A DNA stretch of 64,000 nt from a virus. Below are positions 8,933 to 17,735 of this stretch, piece by piece. The notes under the pieces are model-generated. The model saw only the letters and a program-made list of their open reading frames with translations, was not told the origin of the DNA and searched no databases. The DNA lies in the IMG/VR virus record IMGVR_UViG_3300030104_003613; one strand, given 5' to 3'. The position numbers and the translations under genes were made by a program. The first letter of the stretch is position 1. Each line of letters starts with the position of its first letter.

Positions 8933-9120
8933 AATAATTTAGATAGTGAAATCATTAACAGAAATGACAACATTATAACCACATCCCAGGACTTTGTTCT
9001 TACAAAGTAGGGAACCGAAATGAGGTCAGCAACAAAATGTGTTACTGCCCCCACCACAACATTTACATGGAGAACAATAAAATAGGCAATGATAACAAGA
9101 CCACTACCAATTATTCTCAT
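8929..9120 (-). CDS. Small hydrophobic membrane protein
   Basis: About 63 aa with 2-3 hydrophobic segments; ATGA overlap with speD. Confidence 0.7.
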   Translation of the reverse strand: MRIIGSGLVIIAYFIVLHVNVVVGAVTHFVADLISVPYFVRTKSWDVVIMLSFLLMISLSKLL

Positions 9121-9127
9121 CTTGATA

Positions 9128-9793
9128 TCAACCGAAGGTCGAGTCAGGTTCAAGCGCGATGTAGTAGGTGACATCAAGATTCTGATTAGTAAACTTAGAT
9201 AGAAGTTTTGAGGATACGATTACATCGTATGTGCCAGGGACAATTTTAAGATTCTCCTCTTTAAAGTTAAACACAAACTCTTCGTCAGCATCACCTACAA
9301 TGATAGAGAAATCATTAGAAGTATCATTCTTCTTATCGCGAGCGACAAGTTTGACAACACCATTCTCACCGATGGCAGAGATATCAGGCAATTGATAGAC
9401 AGATGCTGCTTTCTTTAGTTTCTCCAGTTGTTGACTGGTAAGTTGAAAACATACATCTTCAGTTGGAAGAGTAATCTCTTTTTCAGGAGGAGAAACAATT
9501 ACAGTTGGGTCGGCAAAGAAATACTTTGAACGCATCTTGCCTTCTTTGATTACAACAAACTGGTTGTTCTCAAAGTCCAGTTCGGGACTGTTGTGAAGTG
9601 ACAGACCATTAAGGAATTGATTAAGATCATAGATTCCGAAGTCCTTGGGGAACTCTTCGGAAATAGTTGCCTCTGCTAGGATGTTCTTCATCACTGAAAT
9701 AGAACGCAGTTTGTTACCCTCCTTGAACAGGATGGACTGGTTGATAGAAGAGAAGTTCTTCAGAAGATTAACAGTGGACTCAGAAAGTTTCAT
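9128..9793 (-). CDS. gp45: Sliding clamp
   Basis: MKLSESTVNLLKNFSSINQS, FGIYDLNQFL, YYIALE. Confidence 0.97.
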   Translation of the reverse strand: MKLSESTVNLLKNFSSINQSILFKEGNKLRSISVMKNILAEATISEEFPKDFGIYDLNQFLNGLSLHNSPELDFENNQFVVIKEGKMRSKYFFADPTVIVSPPEKEITLPTEDVCFQLTSQQLEKLKKAASVYQLPDISAIGENGVVKLVARDKKNDTSNDFSIIVGDADEEFVFNFKEENLKIVPGTYDVIVSSKLLSKFTNQNLDVTYYIALEPDSTFG

Positions 9794-10379
9794 AATTACC
9801 TTTTGGTTTGTCGAGGACGCCAGAGAAGTGGTAGAGAAGGATACAATAGTGAATTGCTTTTAGAATGTCAAGTTTAGACTTGCCCTCCTTCTTACCAAAT
9901 CGTGACAGATATTTAATTGCGTTGCTACGGCAGAACGGTTCTGCGTCTCCAATACTTTCAACCAGGTCAAGAGTTTGAGTTTTGGAGTCTTGAGAAGTAT
10001 AGTGAGAGCGATAGGTTCCACTCAAATAATCACGAACTTCCTTAAGAATTACATCCTCCCGATAGTTCCAAAACCCATTCCTGGAAGTGGAATCAAGATT
10101 CAGATCAAAGGTTACCTCATCCATTCCACCCACTGCGTATGGGACTTCCTGTGCTGCCCCAAAATAGATTGTGTCAGATGAGTCAGCACCACTAATCACA
10201 GTATTACCGACATTACCAAAATTGATGGTGTCGCTAGAAAAGGGGTTAGGACGGTTTGGATCATTGCGAGTGTAGTCGAACCAATAGTTAGATTTAAGAC
10301 TGTCCTCATAACGATCTTCAAAGTTTTCACTCATTTTTAATTCCTCATAAAGTAAAGACCAGGCGTTCATGGGAGGCAT
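9780..10379 (-). CDS. DUF3310-like protein
   Basis: C-terminal HY...QTLDL...FCRSNAIKYLSRFGKKEG..DILKAIHY; start taken at the ATG after GGAGG. Confidence 0.75.
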   Translation of the reverse strand: MPPMNAWSLLYEELKMSENFEDRYEDSLKSNYWFDYTRNDPNRPNPFSSDTINFGNVGNTVISGADSSDTIYFGAAQEVPYAVGGMDEVTFDLNLDSTSRNGFWNYREDVILKEVRDYLSGTYRSHYTSQDSKTQTLDLVESIGDAEPFCRSNAIKYLSRFGKKEGKSKLDILKAIHYCILLYHFSGVLDKPKGNYETF

Positions 10380-10393
10380 ACTTACCTCCCCCA

Positions 10394-10422
10394 ATTATAT
10401 CAGAAAGGTGCTGATGTGGCAA
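10394..10422 (-). promoter_or_regulatory. sigma70-like promoter inside the cobS 3' end
   Basis: TTGCCA, 17 bp, TATAAT with extended TGn. Confidence 0.7.
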
Positions 10423-11494
10423 CATCAACTGAATCGCTGTTTAACTCAAACTCAGCATCAACCTTATCATACAATTCAAGGAAGGATGCTTTGGTCTCAT
10501 CATCAAAACGATTGATACAGACTTGAATTGCCTTCTCCTTGTCACCCCAGATACTGAAAGCACGGATAATGTGAACCAGACGACGGGTGCTGATTACTTC
10601 TTCAATACCACCATCATAGAAGGTCTTGCGGATGATGTCTGCCCAATCAACCAGATACTTACAGAAAGCACGGTCTTCGATACCCAGATCGAGAGCGATA
10701 CCCTCAATGATGCGTTGCTCTGTAGCAGCGGTAGGATAAGACTGCTCAAAGGTGACACAGAAGCGTTCCAGGAATGCCTCGTTCAAGACATTGGTGCCAA
10801 TGAAGCGACCATCGTCAGAACCCTTACCCTTGGTGTTAGCGGTGGCAATGACATTGAATCCCTTGGCAGGAGTCACAAAGCGACCAGTCTTCTTGAGGAA
10901 GACACCCTTACCTTCCAGAACAGACTGAAGACACAGGATCTTGTTAGATGCCAGATCAACCTCGTCTAAAAGAAGAATTGCTCCACGCTCCAGAGCTTCG
11001 ATGACTGGACCGTTATGCCAAACAGTTTCACCATTAACCAGACGGAAACCACCAATAAGGTCATCTTCGTCAGTCTCGATAGTAATGTTGACACGAATCA
11101 GTTCCCTCTTGAGTTGGGCACACGCTTGCTCAACACAGAACGTCTTACCGTTGCCAGAAAGTCCTGTAAGGAATGTAGGATAAAATAGACCGGACTTAAT
11201 AATCCTTTTAACATCCGTGAAATTACCAAAGCTGATAAAGGTATCATCTTTCGCGGGAATAAGGTTTTGTTCTACAGCAGGAAGGGCAGCAGGTGCCTGA
11301 TAGGTTTGCTCAAGTTGTTCAGTGACGGTCAGATCCCATTTGCCACGACCAGTTTTATAATCATCAATTTTCTTTGAGACCGTTTGATAGGTGGTGCCGT
11401 TCATCGCACACCATGCTTTCACATCGCCAGAGGTGACTTTATCACCGTACAGTGCTTGAAGAGAAGAGACAACGTATTCGGTAGACAGTGCCAT
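10400..11494 (-). CDS. cobS: CobS/MoxR-like AAA+ ATPase
   Basis: GLSGNGKT, LLLDEVD, ATANTKGKGSDDGRFIGTNVLNEAFLERF, ISTRRL. Confidence 0.9.
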   Translation of the reverse strand: MALSTEYVVSSLQALYGDKVTSGDVKAWCAMNGTTYQTVSKKIDDYKTGRGKWDLTVTEQLEQTYQAPAALPAVEQNLIPAKDDTFISFGNFTDVKRIIKSGLFYPTFLTGLSGNGKTFCVEQACAQLKRELIRVNITIETDEDDLIGGFRLVNGETVWHNGPVIEALERGAILLLDEVDLASNKILCLQSVLEGKGVFLKKTGRFVTPAKGFNVIATANTKGKGSDDGRFIGTNVLNEAFLERFCVTFEQSYPTAATEQRIIEGIALDLGIEDRAFCKYLVDWADIIRKTFYDGGIEEVISTRRLVHIIRAFSIWGDKEKAIQVCINRFDDETKASFLELYDKVDAEFELNSDSVDVATSAPF

Positions 11495-11521
11495 GATGTA
11501 GTGCGTTTGTTCAACAGGTTA

Positions 11522-11579
11522 ATTATAGAGCAGGTTGGGACCGTTGCCGGTCCCGAGTGGACGGTTTAAGGTCTGGTCA
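11522..11579 (-). promoter_or_regulatory. Early-type promoter with upstream phage motif and hairpin
   Basis: TATAAT at 11527-11522; GGGACC/GGTCCC hairpin; AACCGTCCAC box upstream. Confidence 0.6.
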
Positions 11580-13718
11580 GCAGACCAAATCCATGAACTG
11601 ACTCAGCACCTTTTTATTTAGTGCTTTTGCTTTAAGATTCTTCATAAAAGCAGACTTAATCTTTGTCTTACTAGCACCCTCTTCAACATCCAGTTCAGAG
11701 ATGTTCTCAAGGGAAGCAGAAAGCATGGTAAACAGACTAGTGTATCCAGACTCTTTAACAGCATAACTCTTGACCTTTTTGACTTTCTTGATTTGTTCAT
11801 CCGACAGGAACTCATAACGACGGATGATATCACCCAGTTCACGACCATTACAGAGACGAATACCAATGAAGTTAGTTTCAGGAAAAGACTGACGAAGATC
11901 CTTGAGGAGAACATCAGTGAACCTATAATAAGCATGATCAAACTTGTAGGTGTGACCTGTCTTACGGTTACGGAGATAGCAACCAGCGTATACAGTGGCG
12001 ACTCCAAGACGTTCTACACCTTTATAATCAATGATGCGCTTGAACACTGGCAAACCACCTGATTCACCATCAGTCAAAATTACACAGTGAGTCTTTTGAA
12101 CGCCATGCTTTGATTTAAATTGAGGAATAATCTGATGAAGACAAACAAGTGACTCATGAAGAGGAGTTCCAGACAAATTCAATTCACCAGGAATACTGTA
12201 ATTGACCCAGTGCTTGAATGAGAAAGCAACTCTCCAAAGGTTGAGAATTTGTTTCTCCACCTCACTCTTCTTGACACTACTGGAAAGGATATTCATCAGA
12301 CCGAAATGATTACCAGTAATGTTAAACATACCTACCTCATTTTCTTGAGTGTCAAGTTCACTCCAATCTATACCTCTTCTTTCCTCATCCCTTGCCCAGT
12401 TGTTTGTAAAAGCATAGACATCAAAAGGAATGTTGACCTTGTTACAGAACCAGACAATGTTCAGAAGTTGTTTGACAGTTGGGACAATACAATCACCCAT
12501 AGAACCAGACCAGTCAAGAACAAAGATAAGTCCATGATTCTTACCATCAGGCAGAATAGTCACTTTACGGAACAGGTCTTCATTGTACTTGTAGGTGTGA
12601 AGTTTGGAGCAATCAAGAACACCAGTGCGGGCAGTTGCTGAACGAGCATAAGCATCAGCAGACTTCTTACACTCAAACTCTTTTACCATGTAGTTGATTT
12701 CTTTTTGAGCAGACTTTTTGAATTTACCAAACTCACAATCAGCATAACCAAAATCATAAGGGTCAGGTGTTACATACTCCTGTGTCCAACGATCAAACGT
12801 AGGTTGAGGATTCAGACCAGATTCCCAAAAATCATTGAGTTTCTGATGAACATCAGCGTTAGGAATAATGAAGTGCTCAAGTTTGACTTTAGGAACCTCA
12901 CAATACATGGGGTCTTCATTCTTGTCTAGGTTACCGTTGAACTCTTCGGTGCCTTCTTCAAACATTTCATCAGTGGTTACCTTTGGTTCCTCTGGTTGCT
13001 GCTCCGCAGTCCCACCATAAGGAGTATTCTCATCTTGCTCAATCTGACTGCTGCCTTCTTCTTCGGAACCACTAGATTCACCACTCTCCTGTTCAACTGT
13101 ACTATCAGAAGTGCCTTGCTGATCGGTGTTGGTGTTCTGTTCAGGAAGATCGCCTTTGGGAGTCTCAAGTTTTTGAGCATCCTTACAGAAACGATACAAC
13201 TCTTCTGCCACCATCAGAGCATCAGCAAAAGTCTCTGTCTCTCCCATCATCTTGACAATCCTTTCTTCCTCTTTAGAGAAAGAAATATCAACGAAATTAC
13301 CAATCTTGTAATACAGATTAGCACGGTCAGCAAGATTCATATCGCTGATATTAGAACCTTCCAGACAGAAGAAGTCATCCTCCGCCAGTTCACTGTACCC
13401 TTTGTAAAAGCTTTTAGACAGACCAGGATACCGACGCTTCATCAGTTTCTCAATACGAGCGTCTTCCACCACATTCACAAACTGATGAGGGATACGATCC
13501 GACCAGTCCCACTCATTAGGGGTGTAAAGGGCATGACCAACCTCATGACCCACCAGCATGTCATATACGTTCTCACTTGCTCGCTTCCACATCGGCAGCG
13601 TCAACACACGGGTTTCCACATTAAACTGTGCCGTAGCGACATTGCGGTTCTCAACCAGCAGGTCCTCTGTAGCAAGCAGTCTAGCGAGTTGTGACTTGAT
13701 TTCGTAGTTGACAGTCAT
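11577..13718 (-). CDS. CobT-like protein: N-terminal HExxH metallopeptidase-like domain and C-terminal vWA domain
   Basis: HEVGHALYT, NVVEDARIE, acidic linker, MIDAS DWSGSM...GTPL...LTDGE; paired with cobS. Confidence 0.85.
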   Translation of the reverse strand: MTVNYEIKSQLARLLATEDLLVENRNVATAQFNVETRVLTLPMWKRASENVYDMLVGHEVGHALYTPNEWDWSDRIPHQFVNVVEDARIEKLMKRRYPGLSKSFYKGYSELAEDDFFCLEGSNISDMNLADRANLYYKIGNFVDISFSKEEERIVKMMGETETFADALMVAEELYRFCKDAQKLETPKGDLPEQNTNTDQQGTSDSTVEQESGESSGSEEEGSSQIEQDENTPYGGTAEQQPEEPKVTTDEMFEEGTEEFNGNLDKNEDPMYCEVPKVKLEHFIIPNADVHQKLNDFWESGLNPQPTFDRWTQEYVTPDPYDFGYADCEFGKFKKSAQKEINYMVKEFECKKSADAYARSATARTGVLDCSKLHTYKYNEDLFRKVTILPDGKNHGLIFVLDWSGSMGDCIVPTVKQLLNIVWFCNKVNIPFDVYAFTNNWARDEERRGIDWSELDTQENEVGMFNITGNHFGLMNILSSSVKKSEVEKQILNLWRVAFSFKHWVNYSIPGELNLSGTPLHESLVCLHQIIPQFKSKHGVQKTHCVILTDGESGGLPVFKRIIDYKGVERLGVATVYAGCYLRNRKTGHTYKFDHAYYRFTDVLLKDLRQSFPETNFIGIRLCNGRELGDIIRRYEFLSDEQIKKVKKVKSYAVKESGYTSLFTMLSASLENISELDVEEGASKTKIKSAFMKNLKAKALNKKVLSQFMDLVC

Positions 13719-13741
13719 CGTGCTTTGCTTTGTATATGGAT

Positions 13742-13798
13742 ATCATACCGCAGTCAGAGCAGTTTTAAGATGGGTCCGACCAGTTTGACAACTGTCAC
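13742..13798 (-). promoter_or_regulatory. Early-type promoter with palindromic upstream motif
   Basis: GTGACAGTT-gtca-AACTGGTC about 30 bp upstream of TATGAT. Confidence 0.6.
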
Positions 13799-13873
13799 AA
13801 TAACCAATCCCCCGCACCTGATAGGTACGAGGGACTTTGGTGGTATTGGCTCCGGTAATAAACTTTCTACTCT

Positions 13874-14044
13874 TTATTCTTCAGTTAGAATGTGTCTACA
13901 GACCCTCCTGGCGTTTTGATCGACTATCTCACAATCGGAAATGCATTGAAAGTATTCGGACACTTGGTCGTATTTTTGATCGATGGTTAGTTTTTCGTCC
14001 CACTTCCAGGATGCTAGTTCATTACGAGAAAAAAGATTACGCAT
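13874..14044 (-). CDS. Small Cys-containing hypothetical protein (56 aa)
   Basis: GGAGG RBS before MRNLFSRNELASW...YFQCISDC...RRVCRHIL. Confidence 0.75.
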   Translation of the reverse strand: MRNLFSRNELASWKWDEKLTIDQKYDQVSEYFQCISDCEIVDQNARRVCRHILTEE

Positions 14045-14112
14045 AATAACCTCCGTCACTATATTATATAGTCATCGTATGCTAACTTAATAACTTTTAG
14101 TTAACTTGAAAT

Positions 14113-15825
14113 CTAACTCAACATTCTGCTAAATCCTTTAATCTTTTCAAACTTCAACACTTCCTCAAACTTATCTTCAAGACCAGTCTTGTGGGAGATG
14201 ACAAAGATATTGGCGTCCTTAATCACAAAACGAATAATCTTAAGGAACTCTTCTGTACCAAATCCATCAAGAGATGAATCAAACACTTCATCCATAATCA
14301 AGAGATTAGTGTTGACAGAGTTTTTAAGTCTGGCAATTTCTCTCCAGGTAAAAAGCAAAGACAAGTCAACCCTCATCTTCTCTCCTTCAGAGAAAGAAGA
14401 ATAGGTAAAGTCTTCGTGAATCGGAGTTTCAATAGTCTCGTTAAACTCTTCATCCAACTTGAAATTGATATAGAAATCCATCATCTGCAGATAACGATTA
14501 ACCTGCTGATTAATGAGTGGTAGATACTTATTGATAATCTTTGCCTTGACTCCACCATCTTTGAGGAGGTTGTAGATGAAATCCTGATAGGATACCTTGT
14601 CTTTTCTTTCAGCAAGATTATCGTAGGTTGTTTGAAGAGTTTCGTTTAGTTCTGTTAGCTTCTCATGCTCAATACTTTGATTTTCGATTTCCGTGGTAAT
14701 AGTTTGAATTTCTGATTCCAATCTACTGATCTGTCGTTGGAATCCAGTGATTTCAGTATTGTTAGTAGAAATGCCATTAAGGAAAGAACTTACCTCTTCT
14801 GATAGTTGGGTGAAAGAGGACTCTCTCAACTCTTCGTCTTTAATTGCCTGTTGGAGTTCTTCATACCCCTTTCGCAATTCTGTTGCTTTATTTTGAGAGT
14901 CCGTAATTCTATTTACACGGAACGACTCCTCAATAGTCTGGTCACAAGTAGGGCATACCGTATTTTCATTAAAGAATTTGTGCTCCTTAACTATAGTATT
15001 GATACGCTGTGATAGTTTACCTTTAATACTACCGTACTCACGCAGACGCTTTGAAGCATCAGTGTACTTATCCATTTCTTCTTTCTTCTCAATCATACTA
15101 TTTTCAAGTGCCATGCTTGTTTCATAGCGTTGATGAATAGTTGTATTCAGACTATTGATTTGTGTTCTTTTCTGATCTACATCTTTCTTACTTTGACTCT
15201 CGATCTTCTTGATGAATCCTCTCTGCATATCAACTTTGTCTTTCAAAGATTCTTTCTTGAGTTCAAGAGTCTTAATCTCATCTTTCAATAGTCTAATCTT
15301 TCCTTTGACAATATCATTCATCGAGGAGAAGATCTTGATGTCCAATAGATCTTCTACAACTTCTCTACGACTTGATACTGGGAGTTGCATGAAGGGAACA
15401 AAAGTACTGCTACCCAGAATAACAATCTGACTAAAAGACTTATAGTTCATCTTCAAGACATTCTGTTCCAACCATTTCTGCTGATCAATGGCAGAAGAGT
15501 TTTGATTTAGTTCTTCACCATTGCGATAGATTTTAAAGATATTAGGTTTGATACCTCTTGATACTTTCCATTCAATACCATTGATATCAAACAAAATATC
15601 TACATAACAGTTCTTTTCATTAACACTATTAACCAGTTGCCCTTTGTTAATCTTACGGAAGGACTTACCATACAGCGAGAACGTAAGAGCATCTAGAATG
15701 GTTGACTTACCAGCACCATTAGATCCAATGATAAGGGATGTAGATTTACTATCAAGTTGAACGGTGGTCGGTTGATTCCCGGTTGATAGAAAGTTTTTCC
15801 AAGAGATAGTCTTAAAGGTAATCAT
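14113..15825 (-). CDS. gp46: Recombination endonuclease ATPase subunit (Rad50/SbcC-like)
   Basis: GSNGAGKS, CPTC zinc hook, FSEGEK signature, MDEVFD. Confidence 0.97.
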   Translation of the reverse strand: MITFKTISWKNFLSTGNQPTTVQLDSKSTSLIIGSNGAGKSTILDALTFSLYGKSFRKINKGQLVNSVNEKNCYVDILFDINGIEWKVSRGIKPNIFKIYRNGEELNQNSSAIDQQKWLEQNVLKMNYKSFSQIVILGSSTFVPFMQLPVSSRREVVEDLLDIKIFSSMNDIVKGKIRLLKDEIKTLELKKESLKDKVDMQRGFIKKIESQSKKDVDQKRTQINSLNTTIHQRYETSMALENSMIEKKEEMDKYTDASKRLREYGSIKGKLSQRINTIVKEHKFFNENTVCPTCDQTIEESFRVNRITDSQNKATELRKGYEELQQAIKDEELRESSFTQLSEEVSSFLNGISTNNTEITGFQRQISRLESEIQTITTEIENQSIEHEKLTELNETLQTTYDNLAERKDKVSYQDFIYNLLKDGGVKAKIINKYLPLINQQVNRYLQMMDFYINFKLDEEFNETIETPIHEDFTYSSFSEGEKMRVDLSLLFTWREIARLKNSVNTNLLIMDEVFDSSLDGFGTEEFLKIIRFVIKDANIFVISHKTGLEDKFEEVLKFEKIKGFSRMLS

Positions 15826-16084
15826 TTGCGTTATCAGGGGGAATCACAATGTCATTTTTAGTAATTACAGTATAGCGATGATCATGAATTTCGCATGTCT
15901 TAATCATCACTTCATCATCTACTTCTAGCACGTGCATCTCTGGATATCCAAGTTCTTCCAGATGCATCGCATATCGCATAGCATCATCTTCCTGGTCGAA
16001 GATATAGAGAACCTGTTCTCCGTCATCATCTACGACTGAATATGCTCCTTCTTTTTCTTTGCCAGCGATTGTTAATATAAACAT
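15812..16084 (-). CDS. Conserved hypothetical protein
   Basis: 90-aa ORF overlapping both gp47 and gp46. Confidence 0.8.
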   Translation of the reverse strand: MFILTIAGKEKEGAYSVVDDDGEQVLYIFDQEDDAMRYAMHLEELGYPEMHVLEVDDEVMIKTCEIHDHRYTVITKNDIVIPPDNANDYL

Positions 16085-17130
16085 TAGAAAATCAATTCAC
16101 ATGCCTCTTGATAGGTTGACCTCATGAGACTCTTGACTTTAGATTTATCCAAACTAATTTCTGCCTCTTCAATATATCTATCAAGAATAGAGAGAGTATC
16201 TTCTGTCTCTAAACCATCAGTGTCAACAGCATCGTCGTTGAGCACAAAGTTCTCGACAATCTTCAAATCAGCAACGTTTGAAGAGTACAACTTATCAATG
16301 AACTTCTCAAACTGAACGCTGTCAGACTTCTTACGAACGATTACCTTGACGATCTTACCTTCGTATTCTCTGGTGTCAAACAGTTGATGGTCGGTATCTT
16401 CGTAGTAGATAATTTTAAACAGAGAGAACGGATTGTTGATGGGTGTGTGTTTCATTGTCTCTGTATCAAAGAGATGGAAACCTCTTACATCATTACAATC
16501 ATTCCAGAACATCTCATAGGGATTGCCTAGGTAGAAGACTGTTCCGTTATCTGATCTTGTATGGTAATGACCCGAGAACACCTTGTCGAACTTCTGATAT
16601 AGTTCGCTTTCCATACCATGCTCCATGATGCAACCTCTATGAGCTCTAAATCCTTGTAACTCAAGGTGCCCCATCGCGCATACGCTAGTTGAAGCTTTAA
16701 TAGATTCAATAGAACTCTTTTCATTTTGCTCACATATCCATGGTATGTAAAGTATATTCAAACCACCAACCGTAACCTCTGTCGATTCAACATAGGTAGT
16801 AATGTTATCGTACTCTTTTAGGAGAAGTTCAATAGCATTAATCTCATTGGTATTTTTATAGTAAGCATCGTGATTACCAACCATAAGATCCATCGTGATA
16901 CCTCTTTGTTTTAGAGGTTCAAAGAATACTCTCTTTGACCAGTCCAGGGATTTGAACTCGATGCCTTTTCTGCTATCAAAAGCATCACCCATGTGAATAA
17001 CATGAGTGATACCCATCTTGTCTAGGGTTGGAAAGAATATCTCATTATAAAATACTTCAAAGTAATCGTGAAAGAGTTTAGATCCTTTACGAGCACCAAA
17101 ATGAGTATCAGTGATAATCGCTACGAGCAT
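16084..17130 (-). CDS. gp47: Recombination endonuclease nuclease subunit (Mre11/SbcD-like)
   Basis: DTHFG, GDAFD, GNHD, GHYH phosphoesterase motifs. Confidence 0.97.
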   Translation of the reverse strand: MLVAIITDTHFGARKGSKLFHDYFEVFYNEIFFPTLDKMGITHVIHMGDAFDSRKGIEFKSLDWSKRVFFEPLKQRGITMDLMVGNHDAYYKNTNEINAIELLLKEYDNITTYVESTEVTVGGLNILYIPWICEQNEKSSIESIKASTSVCAMGHLELQGFRAHRGCIMEHGMESELYQKFDKVFSGHYHTRSDNGTVFYLGNPYEMFWNDCNDVRGFHLFDTETMKHTPINNPFSLFKIIYYEDTDHQLFDTREYEGKIVKVIVRKKSDSVQFEKFIDKLYSSNVADLKIVENFVLNDDAVDTDGLETEDTLSILDRYIEEAEISLDKSKVKSLMRSTYQEACELIF

Positions 17131-17633
17131 CAGTTACGAAGTTTGGAGTGGACAGCATCCTTGATGGAATTGTACTCGCTATAGTTGCTAGAGTCAATAT
17201 CATTTGCGTCAAACACCTCGTCAAAATCTGTCTTCTCAAGTATCTTATTCTTGATCTCCAACTGCTTCTTCTCTTGCTGAATGCGTCTCAAGAAGGCGTA
17301 GTAAATGATTTGAGTGAAGTATGCGAAAGGGTTCTTTGATTTCTCTGGATTAAAGTTATGAACGTATCTTACACAGTTCTCAATGCCGTCACAGATCATG
17401 TCATCCTTGAACATGTAGTTGACAAAGTTTGGTTTGTATGATAAGTGATTGGCGATCTTCAAGAAGCACTCACCGATGTATCTGGGGATTGGTGGTTTGG
17501 GTTGATCGTTGAGTTTCGCTCTCTCCACCTGTGCGAAATAAAGTTCTAAAGCAGCAAGGAAATCCTTGTTGTTAACGTAATGTTCTGATTTCTTCGGTCT
17601 TGGCATAACCCCATAAGCAGTATTAACGACCAT
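17130..17633 (-). CDS. gp55: Late transcription sigma factor
   Basis: HYVNNKDF, YIGECFLKIANHLS, DGIENC, NPFAYFTQIIYYAFLRRI. Confidence 0.97.
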   Translation of the reverse strand: MVVNTAYGVMPRPKKSEHYVNNKDFLAALELYFAQVERAKLNDQPKPPIPRYIGECFLKIANHLSYKPNFVNYMFKDDMICDGIENCVRYVHNFNPEKSKNPFAYFTQIIYYAFLRRIQQEKKQLEIKNKILEKTDFDEVFDANDIDSSNYSEYNSIKDAVHSKLRN

Positions 17634-17657
17634 AATGTGTTCAAATCCGTTTCACTT

Positions 17658-17686
17658 ATTATAACAGATTAATCAATACTTGACAA
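17658..17686 (-). promoter_or_regulatory. sigma70-like promoter for gp55-47-46
   Basis: TTGTCA, 17 bp, TGnTATAAT. Confidence 0.8.
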
Positions 17687-17708
17687 GATCCTATTTACCC
17701 TTTAGACT
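17680..17708 (+). promoter_or_regulatory. Divergent sigma70-like promoter, antisense to the upstream gene
   Basis: TTGACA, 17 bp, TAGACT; overlaps the -35 region of the gp55 promoter. Confidence 0.5.
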
Positions 17709-17735
17709 AAGTTTGTTGCTTTTCAAGGATCAGCT

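Noticed and set aside
12996-13694. 232-aa plus-strand ORF and the many other plus-strand ORFs in the track
   Set aside because: They lie antisense to well-supported minus-strand genes and show no recognisable motifs or RBS; treated as shadow ORFs.
13874-14044. CP12
   Set aside because: Lacks the CP12 C-terminal C..NP...EC.VYDD motif and the AWD.VEEL core.
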